The position numbers and the translations under genes were made by a program. Source: an uncultured bacterium (lineage in GTDB: Bacteria > Patescibacteriota > Microgenomatia > Levybacterales > UBA12049). From it: a stretch of DNA of 64,000 nt. Location of the stretch: contig CAWGXL010000011.1 in NCBI GenBank assembly GCA_963826535.1, forward strand, positions 384,809 to 448,808, given 5' to 3'. The notes below the pieces were generated by a model. The model worked only from the letters and a program-made list of their open reading frames with translations. It was not told where the DNA came from and did no database searches. Shown in pieces: positions 19,938-30,275 of the stretch; the stretch's first letter is position 1; each line of letters opens with the position of its first letter.

Positions 19938-20531
19938 ATGAGCGATAATGAAGGGGGTTATGAGGCGTTTCCAACTTATACTACGAGGTCAAGAAATGGT
20001 AATCGTTTTTTTCTGGTTTTTATCATAATTTTTGTATTGGCTGCGATTATACTTGGGGGATTATACTTTCTTGGTTCTTCAGAGAATTCTTCAAAGGAGA
20101 ATTCAATAGTAGTTAGGCCTACGTCGAAAATAGAAGCAACAGCAACTCCTTTGCCTACATCCTCAGCATCTGCTGTATTGACAGTTAGTGTGACGGGAGT
20201 ATTGACGCCTGCGGCAAAAATTTCATCTGTTGATGGGACGACGAAGCTAGATAGAAGTAAATTGGCAGTTGCTGTTCTTAATGGAAGCGGTGTGGCAGGA
20301 GCGGCGCTTGGGGTGTCAAATTATCTGGAAGGGCTGGGTTATAATATTGTTAAGGTGGATAATGCAAACGCATTTACTTATACTAATTTGACTGTTCAAG
20401 TAAAGAAAAGTAAGAGCGGTTATGCGGGGTTACTTAAGAAAGATCTAGAGGCAAATCCTGAATTAGCCAGTGTATCGGCGAGTATATCTGATGATATATC
20501 TAATGAAGCGGAAGTGATAGTTGGAAAATAA
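19938..20531 (+). CDS. LytR C-terminal domain membrane protein
   Basis: TM helix, Ser/Thr linker, VAVLNGSGVAGAA, terminal VIVGK. Confidence 0.88.
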   Translation: MSDNEGGYEAFPTYTTRSRNGNRFFLVFIIIFVLAAIILGGLYFLGSSENSSKENSIVVRPTSKIEATATPLPTSSASAVLTVSVTGVLTPAAKISSVDGTTKLDRSKLAVAVLNGSGVAGAALGVSNYLEGLGYNIVKVDNANAFTYTNLTVQVKKSKSGYAGLLKKDLEANPELASVSASISDDISNEAEVIVGK

Positions 20532-20665
20532 ACTCGAAATTCGAATATCGAAATCCGAAACAATGACAGAAATATAAATGACCAAATGATCAAAACGTTT
20601 TTGGCATTTTGTATTTAGAACATTTGAATTTGTTTCGAATTTCGTGCTTTGATATTCGGATTTTT
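20530..20665. repeat. Quasi-palindromic tract of 7-nt repeats
   Basis: cgaaattcgaatatcgaaatccgaaacaa...aaaacgtttt...ttgtttcgaatttcgtgctttgatattcg; the two arms are imperfect reverse complements. Confidence 0.8.
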
Positions 20666-20669
20666 GTTT

Positions 20670-21182
20670 ATGAAGATCTATTTAGCTACTGATCATACAG
20701 GTTTAAAACTTAAGGATAAAGTTAAAGAATTTTTACAAAAAGAAGGCTATGAGGTTGAAGATTGCGGGGCATTTAAATATGATAAGGATGATGACTACCC
20801 GGATTTTATAAATAAGGCGGCGGAAGGCGTATCGATTGACCCGGAGAATACAAGAGGAATTATTTTTGGAGGATCAGGACAGGGGGAGGCTATGGTAGCT
20901 AATAAATCAAAAAATGTGCGCTGCGCGTTATTTTATACGCCTGCCATTGCGACACAAACTATTAATATAGAAGGATCGAAAAGTACAGACCCTTTTGAAA
21001 TGATAAAACTGACTCGGGAGCATAATGGTGCTAATATGCTTTCGATCGGTTTCCGATTTGTAAAAGAAGCTGATGTGATGAAAGCAATTAAGTTTTGGCT
21101 ATCAGCGCCGGATCCAACTAGCGAACGACATAAAAGACGCATTAAGAAGATAAGCGAAATAGAAAGGAAAAAAAATGTTTGA
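20670..21182 (+). CDS. rpiB: Ribose-5-phosphate isomerase B
   Basis: IYLATDHTG, DDDYPDF, GGSGQGE...ANK, REHNGANML. Confidence 0.93.
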   Translation: MKIYLATDHTGLKLKDKVKEFLQKEGYEVEDCGAFKYDKDDDYPDFINKAAEGVSIDPENTRGIIFGGSGQGEAMVANKSKNVRCALFYTPAIATQTINIEGSKSTDPFEMIKLTREHNGANMLSIGFRFVKEADVMKAIKFWLSAPDPTSERHKRRIKKISEIERKKNV

Positions 21183-21822
21183 GATTTTACCCGGAATATT
21201 AGAAAAAGATTGGAATGAAATTGAGCGTAAGCTTGAGATCTATAAGCCATTTGCAAAGAGCGTGCATATTGATTTGCTTGATGGGAAATTCGCGCCGAAT
21301 ACTACTTTTCTTGACCCGGCTCCATATGCGAAATATAGTAAACATTTTTTACTTGAACTGCATATGATGGTTGAGGATCCGATTAAATATTTAAAGCCTT
21401 TTGCAGATGCGGGATTTCAGAGATTTATCGGGCATGTGGAGAAAATGCCGGACCAGGTTGAATTTGTGGCGGCAGCGGAATTGCTGGGAGGTGTTGGACT
21501 CGGGATTGATGCGGATACTGCGATTGACGGGATAAAGGTGCCGCTGGACGATTTGGATAGTATTTTGGTTATGACGGTTAAGGCAGGTCACTCGGGGCAA
21601 AGTTTTATGGAAAAGAATTTGGAGAAAGTGAAACAGCTGGCGCTCAAGACGATAGTACCAATAGAAGTTGATGGAGGGGTTAATGAGTCGACTATTAATG
21701 CCGGTTGCGCTGCAGGTGCGACGAGGTTTGTGGCGACGAGTTTCATTTTTGGCGGGGTGTCGCCAGAGCGACAATATGAGCTTCTTAAAGTGCATACACA
21801 GTCTTTCCAAAAAGGATCTTAG
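21175..21822 (+). CDS. rpe: Ribulose-phosphate 3-epimerase
   Basis: HIDLLDGKFAPN, HMMV, VMTVKAGHSGQ, IEVDGG. Confidence 0.93.
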   Translation: MFEILPGILEKDWNEIERKLEIYKPFAKSVHIDLLDGKFAPNTTFLDPAPYAKYSKHFLLELHMMVEDPIKYLKPFADAGFQRFIGHVEKMPDQVEFVAAAELLGGVGLGIDADTAIDGIKVPLDDLDSILVMTVKAGHSGQSFMEKNLEKVKQLALKTIVPIEVDGGVNESTINAGCAAGATRFVATSFIFGGVSPERQYELLKVHTQSFQKGS

Positions 21823-21838
21823 GAAGTAAAGCCTGCGT

Positions 21839-24073
21839 TTAGTTATTTATCCTAAGCCTATTCTCTCTCATTGGCTGAGGAGTAAAAGTATTATTAATTG
21901 TTGGTCTGCAATCAGGGGTGTTCTCAGTTCCTTTGAGGAAGTATTCAACTTTTCCATTACATACTTTTTGAATTATTTCAGGTGGAGGATTTGGTTTGGT
22001 TGTGGGGGTAACCCCTAATAAGTTTTCCATTATTTTATGCCAAATTGGGGCGGCGCCGGTGATGCCGGATGCGAGGTTGGGACTCATGGGGGTGTTGTCA
22101 TTGTTGCCTACCCAGACGATGACTACGTAGTTATCGGTGTAGCCATTTGTCCAATTGTCTTTTTTGTAATCGGTCGTTCCAGTTTTTACGGATACGGTAT
22201 GCCCAGGTATATTTAGAGGCGAATTGGGGCCAAATGCATTGCTTCTTGCTTGATTGTCTGCCAGGATATCGGATAGGATAAACGCAACTCCTTTTTTGAG
22301 TACCTGTTGCGGGTGTACCTGTGTTTTTTCTTCAAGTACGTTGTTTCTGGAATCGGTGATTTTAAGCACAGGACTTAGGTTAACACGATTGCCATCATTG
22401 GCCAGGGTTCCGTAAACTGAAGCCAAATCCAGCATGGTTACTTCAGCTGCGCCAAGGGTTATGGATAGTCCATAGTTTTTAGGATCATCCCAAGTTGTTA
22501 TTCCCATTTTTTTTCCTAAATTTACCATGGAAGGCACTCCTATTTGGTTTAGGGTTTTAACTGCCGGAATATTAAATGAACTCGCGAGGGCAATGCGAAG
22601 CGGTACTTTGCCGTGATATTTTCCGTCGTAATTTACCGGTGAATAGGGTGTAGTATAATTTGGGAAGGTCACGGGGGTGTCTTCGAGAATAGAGGCGGCT
22701 GTGAATCCGTGTTCCAGAGCGGCTGCGTAAGTTACAACTTTTATTGATGATCCAGGTTGACGGAGGGACGCGGTGACATTGAAATTGCCGCCGTTTGGAT
22801 CGTGCCAATCACGGCTTCCGATCATGGCGATTATGTCACCGTTTTTGGGATCGGTGATAAGTACCGCTCCATTTGTGAGGTTGAGATAAGCATTGTTGTC
22901 AACTTCTTCTTTGACTATTTTTTCTGCCATTTGTTGGGTTTTGAGATCAAGTGAAGTCGTAATATTGAGGCCTCCCTTTTCAAGCATGGGCAGTCCGTAT
23001 TTTTGACTAATTTGATCTTTGATATAGGCCACAAAATGAGGTGCATGGATCGCAGTTGGTTGCTTTTTGAAATTTAACTGTTCTTTTTCCGCATTTTGGG
23101 ATTGAATTTTGGAGATGTAGTTCAGCTCGACCATTTTCGAGAGTACTTCTTTTTGTCTTTGCTTCCAGAGATTGGGGTTGCTACCGAAGGGAGAATAAAT
23201 TGTGGGCGCCGTGGTGAGTCCAGCAAGAAACGCGCTTTGGGCGAGATCAAGTTCTTTGGCAGGTTTGTCAAAATAGGTTTGGCTACCCGCTTCGATACCC
23301 CAGGCTGTTCCGCCATAAGGCACCTGATTGAAATACATTTCGAGAATTTGATTTTTGGTATAGATGCGTTCTGCCCAATATGCAAGAATCAGTTCTTTAG
23401 ATTTGCGTACGAGATTTTTTTCGGGAGTGAGAATGGAAGACTTGATCAGCTGTTGAGTGATAGTTGATCCGCCCTGGATTTTTCCTCCGGATAGATTTAC
23501 CCTAATGGCACGGATTATTGAGGGAATGTCAAAGCCGGGGTGTTTGTAAAAATTTTTATCTTCTATTGCCAGAGTTGCTTCTTGTAAATGATTAGGAATA
23601 TCGGATAGGGGTATAAGGGTTCTATTTTGTGAAGCATATATTTGGACGAGAAGTATTCCATTTTTATCAAATATTTTGGTGGTTTGCGGAATTTGACGTA
23701 GTGTTAGTTCATTTGGATTGGGGAGGTCTTGCAGAAAGATAAGAATAGTTGCGGGAAGAAAAAAAAATATGAGCGAGATGACGATGCCCGCGGCGAGGTA
23801 TTTGAGTTTGGACCGGAATGAGACGCGAGTGACAGGGAGTTTTTTTCGTTTGAATATTACTTTTGGCTTCCGCCTGTCGGCGGTTCTACGGTGTGCATCT
23901 ATGAATTTTTTAAAATAGAGATAATTATTTTTTAGATTTTTAATCCACTGAATATATTTTTTGCGGGATTTTTTAGGGAGTTTTTTAGTAAAAGAAATTA
24001 TTGCTCTTATTCCGTCTTCAATTTTTAGGAGGAAAACCAGCATGATAAATAACACGTGCAAAATTATTCGCAT
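21839..24073 (-). CDS. Class A penicillin-binding protein (PBP1A family)
   Basis: EDKNFY.H.G, GGSTITQQL.K, PGSSIK (SxxK), SFN, KTGT. Confidence 0.95.
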   Translation of the reverse strand: MRIILHVLFIMLVFLLKIEDGIRAIISFTKKLPKKSRKKYIQWIKNLKNNYLYFKKFIDAHRRTADRRKPKVIFKRKKLPVTRVSFRSKLKYLAAGIVISLIFFFLPATILIFLQDLPNPNELTLRQIPQTTKIFDKNGILLVQIYASQNRTLIPLSDIPNHLQEATLAIEDKNFYKHPGFDIPSIIRAIRVNLSGGKIQGGSTITQQLIKSSILTPEKNLVRKSKELILAYWAERIYTKNQILEMYFNQVPYGGTAWGIEAGSQTYFDKPAKELDLAQSAFLAGLTTAPTIYSPFGSNPNLWKQRQKEVLSKMVELNYISKIQSQNAEKEQLNFKKQPTAIHAPHFVAYIKDQISQKYGLPMLEKGGLNITTSLDLKTQQMAEKIVKEEVDNNAYLNLTNGAVLITDPKNGDIIAMIGSRDWHDPNGGNFNVTASLRQPGSSIKVVTYAAALEHGFTAASILEDTPVTFPNYTTPYSPVNYDGKYHGKVPLRIALASSFNIPAVKTLNQIGVPSMVNLGKKMGITTWDDPKNYGLSITLGAAEVTMLDLASVYGTLANDGNRVNLSPVLKITDSRNNVLEEKTQVHPQQVLKKGVAFILSDILADNQARSNAFGPNSPLNIPGHTVSVKTGTTDYKKDNWTNGYTDNYVVIVWVGNNDNTPMSPNLASGITGAAPIWHKIMENLLGVTPTTKPNPPPEIIQKVCNGKVEYFLKGTENTPDCRPTINNTFTPQPMRENRLRINN

Positions 24074-24160
24074 ATTTTTTAAAGGGAGTTTGGCAAGATT
24101 ATACTAAAGGGGTGGGGGATTGGAAAGGGCTATTTTTCTACACTTTCATTACGAAAATTT

Positions 24161-24394
24161 TCAGTACTGAGGTTTAGTTGATGCGGTGGGGGTTAATTCT
24201 GCTTCGATGGAGCTGGTTAGGATTTTGGGTTTTCCTATCAGGATAAGAGTGAGGATTGAGAGGATGACGATGATGGCAATCAATATCAAAGTAAAAATAA
24301 GGGTTTTTTTGCCTGATTCGCGGCTGTATTTTTTAAGACTCTGCGGGATGGGTAATTGAGACTCTTTGGACATATTTTTATCATATATGAACAA
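24161..24394 (-). CDS. Small single-TM protein
   Basis: Short ORF with one TM helix between the two PBP genes. Confidence 0.55.
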   Translation of the reverse strand: MFIYDKNMSKESQLPIPQSLKKYSRESGKKTLIFTLILIAIIVILSILTLILIGKPKILTSSIEAELTPTASTKPQY

Positions 24395-24425
24395 ATCTCA
24401 AATCTCAAATGTCAAAGCTATAATT

Positions 24426-26618
24426 TTAGGGTTTAGGGGTGGGGGTAGGGACGGGGCAGCTGGCGCAAAATTTGTTTCCGAGCGGATCGGTTATCACGTA
24501 TTCCTCTCTGGATTCAACGTTTTCAGTCTGTCCGTCTTTGGCTAAGTTGTTAGTGGATTTATCAATCCAGACCGATGTTTTGGCCGGGCCTGTTGTTTTG
24601 GGCTCAGTTCCTTTTACAAAATATTCGAGGCGGGTGGGGCAGCGATTTGCTGGGTCTGCCTGGGGGAGGAAGCCTGTATTGGAGCAGACAGATTTGGTTA
24701 CAACGTCAGTTGGTTTGGCCGGGTTTCTGGGCTCTTTGCCCTCCAACATATGCGTCATAAGTTTGTTCCAGATAGGGGCTGCTCCTGTAAGGCCTGAGAC
24801 AAGTCCGGTCATGGGGGTACGGTCGTTATTTCCGACCCATACGGAAACAACATATTGCGGAGTGTAGCCAATTGTCCAATTGTCTTTGTAATCATTGGTT
24901 GTTCCGGTTTTGACAGATACAAATTTTTTGCCTATTTTTAATTCTGAGTTTGGACCGAATGCCTCTTGTCTTGCATTGTTGTCGGCAAGAATATCAGAGA
25001 TGATCCAGGCGACTGCGGACGGGAGCACTTTTATCCCAAAGATCGGGCTTTTGGGAGGTTTATATTCTTCCAAAGTTTTACCATTTCGATCTGTTACTTT
25101 GAGGATAGGGTGCAGATCGACTCGATATCCTTGATTTGCAAATACTCCAAAGGCAGTTGTCATGTCAATCATTGTAACTTCACCTCCACCCAGAGTTAAT
25201 GATAACCCGTACCGGCTTGGGTCTTTAAATGACCTAATCCCCATGCTTGACGCGGTCGCAATCATGGACTCCAGGGTGTTGATCTTGAGCATTTCGACGG
25301 CGGGGATATTGAATGAGTTAGCTAAAGCATAGCGCATTTGGACAACACCATGGAAGCGGCCATCATAGTTGCGCGGGCAATACTTGACTGTGCCGGGGCT
25401 TGAGAAGCATAACGCTGTGTCAATAAAGGGAGTTGCAGCAGTATAGCCTTTTAGTAATCCAACAGCATAATTTATGGGTTTGATCGAGGATCCAGGTTGA
25501 AGCTGCTGAGCAGTCATATTCATATTTCCATCTTTGGGATCGTACCAATCTTTACTGCCAATCATTGCCAAGATTTCTCCAGTCGCGGGACTGGCGATAA
25601 GAGCAGCGCCATTGCCAACTTTATTCTGTTTTAATTTTGCTACTTCTGAAGCAACGACTAGTTGGGCAAATTCCTGGAGATCGAGGTCCAGACTTGTATA
25701 CACTTTCAACCCCCCTTGTTCTACAATATTTTCTCCATATTTATTTTGCAGGAGATCTCTTACGTAAAACACAAAATGGGGTGCTTTTATGGGATTGGTG
25801 ATTTTTTGGAATTGCAGTTCTTCGGCTGCAGCTTTATCGCGTTCTGTTTTATTGATATATCCCTGTTCAAACATTTTTTTTAGAATTTCTTTTTGTCTTT
25901 TTTTGCCGAGTTCGGGATGAGAGCCTAAAGGGGAGTATGTGCTAGGTGCTTCAGGAAGACCGGCTAAGTAGGCTTGCTGAGCAAGAGAAATGTTTTTTAC
26001 AGGTTTGCCGAAATAGGTTTGGGCTGCAGCTTCAACTCCGTACGAAGTTCCACCGTAAGGTACCTGATTGAGATACATTTCCAGGATTTCGTTTTTTGTG
26101 TACATGAATTCAACAACTACACTCAAAGCCAGTTCTTTGATCTTTCGAGTGAGAGTACGTTCAGGGGTTAGCAGTCCGTTTTTAACCAATTGCTGAGTCA
26201 GCGTAGAACCTCCTTGCAGCGTTTTCTGAAAGACGGTTGAATAGAATGCCCGAATAATTCCGCGAATGTCGACTGCGCCATGTTTATAGAAGTCTTTATC
26301 TTCGATGGCAATAGTTGCAAGTTGCAAGGTTTTGGGGATTTTTTCCAGCGGCATAAAGGTTTGGTTACGATTTGCGTAGATTGTATAGAGATGTGTTCCA
26401 TTTCTATCATAAATTTGGGTAGAATATGATACAGTAGTATTGCCTAACTTTGTCGGGGAGGGTAGGTCTTTGAGGAAGTAAAAGTAAAATGCTGTAGCAA
26501 CTATGACTGCGAGAATGCTGAGCAAAATAATACCAATTAATAGCCTTTTTCCTAAAAGATACATTTTTAGGAGTTTTGGTTTTTTTATAATTTTTTTATA
26601 GTGTTTAATTGTTGACAT
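24426..26618 (-). CDS. Class A penicillin-binding protein (PBP1A family)
   Basis: EDKDFY.H, GGSTLTQQL.KN, PGSSIKP, SFN, KTGT. Confidence 0.95.
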   Translation of the reverse strand: MSTIKHYKKIIKKPKLLKMYLLGKRLLIGIILLSILAVIVATAFYFYFLKDLPSPTKLGNTTVSYSTQIYDRNGTHLYTIYANRNQTFMPLEKIPKTLQLATIAIEDKDFYKHGAVDIRGIIRAFYSTVFQKTLQGGSTLTQQLVKNGLLTPERTLTRKIKELALSVVVEFMYTKNEILEMYLNQVPYGGTSYGVEAAAQTYFGKPVKNISLAQQAYLAGLPEAPSTYSPLGSHPELGKKRQKEILKKMFEQGYINKTERDKAAAEELQFQKITNPIKAPHFVFYVRDLLQNKYGENIVEQGGLKVYTSLDLDLQEFAQLVVASEVAKLKQNKVGNGAALIASPATGEILAMIGSKDWYDPKDGNMNMTAQQLQPGSSIKPINYAVGLLKGYTAATPFIDTALCFSSPGTVKYCPRNYDGRFHGVVQMRYALANSFNIPAVEMLKINTLESMIATASSMGIRSFKDPSRYGLSLTLGGGEVTMIDMTTAFGVFANQGYRVDLHPILKVTDRNGKTLEEYKPPKSPIFGIKVLPSAVAWIISDILADNNARQEAFGPNSELKIGKKFVSVKTGTTNDYKDNWTIGYTPQYVVSVWVGNNDRTPMTGLVSGLTGAAPIWNKLMTHMLEGKEPRNPAKPTDVVTKSVCSNTGFLPQADPANRCPTRLEYFVKGTEPKTTGPAKTSVWIDKSTNNLAKDGQTENVESREEYVITDPLGNKFCASCPVPTPTPKP

Positions 26619-26733
26619 TGGAATAATAGTTTAGGATTACTGCAAAAATTTTATGCACTTACCCTTATGAATATTATAGATTGTTTTATTTTATCATGAA
26701 TTTATTATAATAGTGTGGGGCTTAGAATAAATT

Positions 26734-27780
26734 ATGCCGGACTTCGCTTTTCTTTTTGCACAAGTTATTAATTTTTTACAGTCACTTTTTCCCGAACTGC
26801 AGATTAATTTGCTGGACGTCATTATAATAATTGTCATAGTTTATTATGCTATAGAGGGATATGCTTTGGGGTTTGTATTGGCTTTTTTTGATCTTTTGAG
26901 TTTTGTTTTTTCTTTTTTTCTAGCACTCAAGTATTATATTTTTGTCGCCGGGGCTTTAACAACTTATTTTTCTATACATATAGGGTTTGCCCATGCTGTT
27001 GGTTTTTTCCTAATTGCTTTTCTTAGCGAGATCATCATAAATATTCTTTTTCGTTATTTACTACGTTATTTGCCCTCAATTCAATCTCCGAGGCGAATTT
27101 TTCAATTTTTCAGAAGCATAGATCATTTTTTGGGGATTCTTCCCGGCATAGCATCTGCTTTTATTGTGCTAGCATTTTTGCTTACGGTTATTGTGTCTCT
27201 TCCGTCCGCACCGCTAATTAAGCGATTGGTAACAGGATCAGAAATAGGTTCGATGCTAATTGCTAATACCTCGATGTTTGAGAGGAGGCTTAATGATGTT
27301 TTCGGAGGGGCGTTGAATGAGTCGCTTACGTATCTTACGGTTAAGCCGGAGAGCGATGAATTCGTTAAGTTGCGTTTCAAGGTTAACGATGGGACTGTTG
27401 AAGTCAGCGCTGAGGAGCAAATGTTGAAGATAGTTAATAGAGAGCGCGAAGCGAATGGATTACAGCCTGTGGAAATGAGCACTCGTCTTAGGACATTAGC
27501 AAGGAGTCATTCCCTGGATATGTTACAGCGAGGATATTTTTCACATTATACGCCTGATGGATTGTCACCGTTTGACCGAATGGACAGCGCAGGTATCGAG
27601 TATGCCTATGCAGGAGAAAATTTGGCTTTGGCTCCAAGTACGGAGCTGGCAATGCAGGGGCTTATGGATAGCCCGGGGCACAGGGCAAATATCCTGAATC
27701 CGAATTTTAATAAAATTGGCATTGGGGCGATTGATGGGGGGATATATGGGATTATGTTCTCGCAGGAGTTTACTAATTAA
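26734..27780 (+). CDS. CvpA-like membrane domain fused to CAP/SCP domain
   Basis: LLDVIII...G...GF membrane region, then HSLDM...YFSH, GENLA, MDSPGHRANIL. Confidence 0.88.
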   Translation: MPDFAFLFAQVINFLQSLFPELQINLLDVIIIIVIVYYAIEGYALGFVLAFFDLLSFVFSFFLALKYYIFVAGALTTYFSIHIGFAHAVGFFLIAFLSEIIINILFRYLLRYLPSIQSPRRIFQFFRSIDHFLGILPGIASAFIVLAFLLTVIVSLPSAPLIKRLVTGSEIGSMLIANTSMFERRLNDVFGGALNESLTYLTVKPESDEFVKLRFKVNDGTVEVSAEEQMLKIVNREREANGLQPVEMSTRLRTLARSHSLDMLQRGYFSHYTPDGLSPFDRMDSAGIEYAYAGENLALAPSTELAMQGLMDSPGHRANILNPNFNKIGIGAIDGGIYGIMFSQEFTN

Positions 27781-27804
27781 GACGTAAGACGTATGATTTG
27801 ATTC

Positions 27805-28431
27805 TTATTCTTTAATTTCTTCGAAAGTGGCGAGGTTGTAGAATTGGGGGTCGGAGTGGAGGATGAGGTCTTTGGGAGATTTTAGTCTGTCAATATTTAT
27901 AATGCCATTTAGGTGATCGATTTCGTGTTGAAAGACTCGATTGAGCATTTTGTTTGCAGGCGTGTTGTCTTTTGTAGACCAAAATTGCAATTCTCCCATT
28001 TCATCGAAATATTCAAATTCAATCCAGGAAGGACGGATGACTGGTGCGATAATAGGAGTTGTACTCATGTACATCTCGGGGTATTTTAATAACGATCGCG
28101 ACCGTTTGGTAATTTTGGGATTGATGATGGTTAAAAGTTGGTCGGGGGCATAGGTAATACTGAGGGCTTCGGGAATACCAATCTGGATGGCGGCGATGCC
28201 ACGTCCCATACCAGTAATTTTTCGGTATTTGAGCAGGCAATTTTTTAGGTAGTTAATTTTTGCTTTGAAAACTTTTGAAGTTATGTCTTTTCTAAGCACT
28301 ATTTTTGAGGGTTGGCGGAGAATCGGTGATTCGTCGAGTTGGTAAATGAATTGGGAGGTTTGGGTGAGTTGGGTGAAGTCTTGTTTTTTAAATTTTTTGT
28401 GCGGGGGTGGGGTGGGTTGCCAGTTTTGCAT
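27805..28431 (-). CDS. def: Peptide deformylase-like protein, metal-ligand Cys replaced by Tyr
   Basis: GRGIAAIQIG and QHEIDHLNG are present; the EGCLS position reads EMYMS. Confidence 0.8.
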   Translation of the reverse strand: MQNWQPTPPPHKKFKKQDFTQLTQTSQFIYQLDESPILRQPSKIVLRKDITSKVFKAKINYLKNCLLKYRKITGMGRGIAAIQIGIPEALSITYAPDQLLTIINPKITKRSRSLLKYPEMYMSTTPIIAPVIRPSWIEFEYFDEMGELQFWSTKDNTPANKMLNRVFQHEIDHLNGIINIDRLKSPKDLILHSDPQFYNLATFEEIKE

Positions 28432-28498
28432 AGATTGGAGTATAGCATAGTTGACTGCAGGCATAGTATATGTTTTAATGATCTAAAGGAAAATTAGT

Positions 28499-28696
28499 AT
28501 GAAAGCGATAGATTTGAGTAAAGTTCTTAAGCCATATACTGAAGGATGGGTTGCTATAAATACAAAGAACAAAAAAATTGTAGCTTATGCAAAAACTTTT
28601 GAATCTATCTCTAATAAAGTTATAGATAAAAAGGGTATAATTTTGGTGCCTGCATCGAAGAATTATTTCGGTTTTGTTACTTCTATAAATGCGTAA
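28499..28696 (+). CDS. DUF5678-like small protein
   Basis: Y.EGWVAI...KIVA.A pattern; similar to 60510-60710. Confidence 0.7.
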   Translation: MKAIDLSKVLKPYTEGWVAINTKNKKIVAYAKTFESISNKVIDKKGIILVPASKNYFGFVTSINA

Positions 28697-29105
28697 ATAC
28701 CAATACTATCTTCCTGCTCCTAAAGTTTATAAGCCTTGGATTCCGGTAAAAATTGGATATAAGAAAACTAATAAGATAACATATGCTCAGGTTACAGCTC
28801 TGATTGATTCCGGAGCAGATGTTTGTTTTTGTTCGAGAGATATTGCAGATTTTCTTGGGGTTCAAAAAAAACAAAAAGAGAAAAAGATTTTTATAACTGC
28901 AAATAATTCTCCGCTCCCCACATTTCGCGAAACATTGACCTTATTTGTAGGCGGGAGAAATTACGAATGTTCGTTTTATATTTCCGATATGTTACCGAAA
29001 GAAACTCCAATTATACTTGGTCAGTTGGGGTTTTTTGATAAGCATAAAGTTACATTTGATTTGGAGAATGAAGAGATACAAATGAGTTATTACTTGGATA
29101 ATTAG
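28689..29105 (+). CDS. Retropepsin-like aspartic protease
   Basis: ALIDSGAD and ILGQLGFF. Confidence 0.85.
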   Translation: MRKYQYYLPAPKVYKPWIPVKIGYKKTNKITYAQVTALIDSGADVCFCSRDIADFLGVQKKQKEKKIFITANNSPLPTFRETLTLFVGGRNYECSFYISDMLPKETPIILGQLGFFDKHKVTFDLENEEIQMSYYLDN

Positions 29106-29155
29106 AATTTAATGGTCAGAGTATTTAAATGATGGTATAATGAGTGTGATTTTGC

Positions 29156-29228
29156 GGGCCAGTAGTTCAGCGGCTAGAACGGGCGTCTTATACACTCCAT
29201 GTCGGAGGTTCGAGTCCTCCCTGGCCCA
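29156..29228 (+). tRNA. tRNA-Ile(TAT)
   Basis: GGGCCAG/CTGGCCC acceptor stem; anticodon arm GGCGT-CTTATAC-ACTCC with one mismatch; GGAGG-TTCGAGT-CCTCC T-arm. Confidence 0.88.
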
Positions 29229-29400
29229 CAAACTGTAATTTGTTATGATAAATAAAGACTTCTTTGGGTTTGTAGCCTGCTTTGCTGGTGTAAAATACCA
29301 TAATGAAACCAGAACTAGACAGAACATTAGGGTTGAGGCTATATGAAGATCGGGATAAAATTAGTAGAATGAAGACAATGATTTGTCTGGCTCAAAAGGT

Positions 29401-30105
29401 ATGACTTTACCACTGGCAGTTTTTTGGATAATTATAGTTTCAAATTTTAGTCTAATGGGTGCGTGGTATGCGCGGCGATACAACCGGCCTGACGGGCTGA
29501 TTGCTTTTTATGTGACTTTGGGAGTTTTTGGTAATATTACGGCATCAAAGGCTATTACTTTTGATTTTGGATTTACTGAGCTTTATGCGCCGGCGGCAGT
29601 GTTGTTTTTCTCCGTTACTTTTTTACTGACTGATATAGTGAATGAAAGATTTGGGAGGAGGGAAACGCAGCGAATGATTTTGATCGCGCTTGTCATACAA
29701 TTTGCTGTAGTTCTTTTTTCTTATCTTGTGGTCAATGCGAAAGGCGCGCCATTTTTTCAGAACCAAGCAGCGTTTGAAGCAATACTGGCAAGTGTGCCGC
29801 GTATAACTATAGCTAGTATGATCGCGTTTTTTGTAAGCGAAAATTTTGACGCATATCTATTTCATTGGTTTCGTAAACTTACAGGAGGCAAACATTTATG
29901 GATGCGTAATGCTTTCAGTTCTCTTCCGGCAATGTTTTTGGATAGCGTGATCGTGGTTACTCTTGCGTTTTATGGTCTTATGCCTGTAGTTCCACTAATC
30001 CTAGGTCTGACGGTCACGAAGTGGCTTGTGGGGATTGTAGATATTCCGTTTATGTATCTGGCGCGGGCTGTGCTTGGTAAACGTATAACTACTAGCCTTA
30101 AGTAG
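29401..30105 (+). CDS. yhhQ: Queuosine precursor transporter (YhhQ/VUT family)
   Basis: TFLLTDIVNERFG, PRITIAS.IAF.VSE..D, LWMRN, DIPFMY. Confidence 0.88.
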   Translation: MTLPLAVFWIIIVSNFSLMGAWYARRYNRPDGLIAFYVTLGVFGNITASKAITFDFGFTELYAPAAVLFFSVTFLLTDIVNERFGRRETQRMILIALVIQFAVVLFSYLVVNAKGAPFFQNQAAFEAILASVPRITIASMIAFFVSENFDAYLFHWFRKLTGGKHLWMRNAFSSLPAMFLDSVIVVTLAFYGLMPVVPLILGLTVTKWLVGIVDIPFMYLARAVLGKRITTSLK

Positions 30106-30275
30106 CGGTTTTTTTTGCAGATAAGATCTATGAAACAGTGAGAAGAATATATATCATCAGGCGATGTATGATTTGGAGAGGCGTAAGCTGTATGATGCGT
30201 CAAAAATAGATTTGGATAAGATAATATTTTAACGCGCGAGGAAATGTTTATTGTTTACAAATTCAAAGGCTCATT

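Noticed and set aside
21839-26618. Tandem class A PBPs as a novel system
   Set aside because: Both have intact canonical motifs; ordinary paralogy explains them.
29230-29400. Possible preQ1 riboswitch upstream of yhhQ
   Set aside because: I found no stem with the GGUUC-type loop and A-rich tail of preQ1-I.
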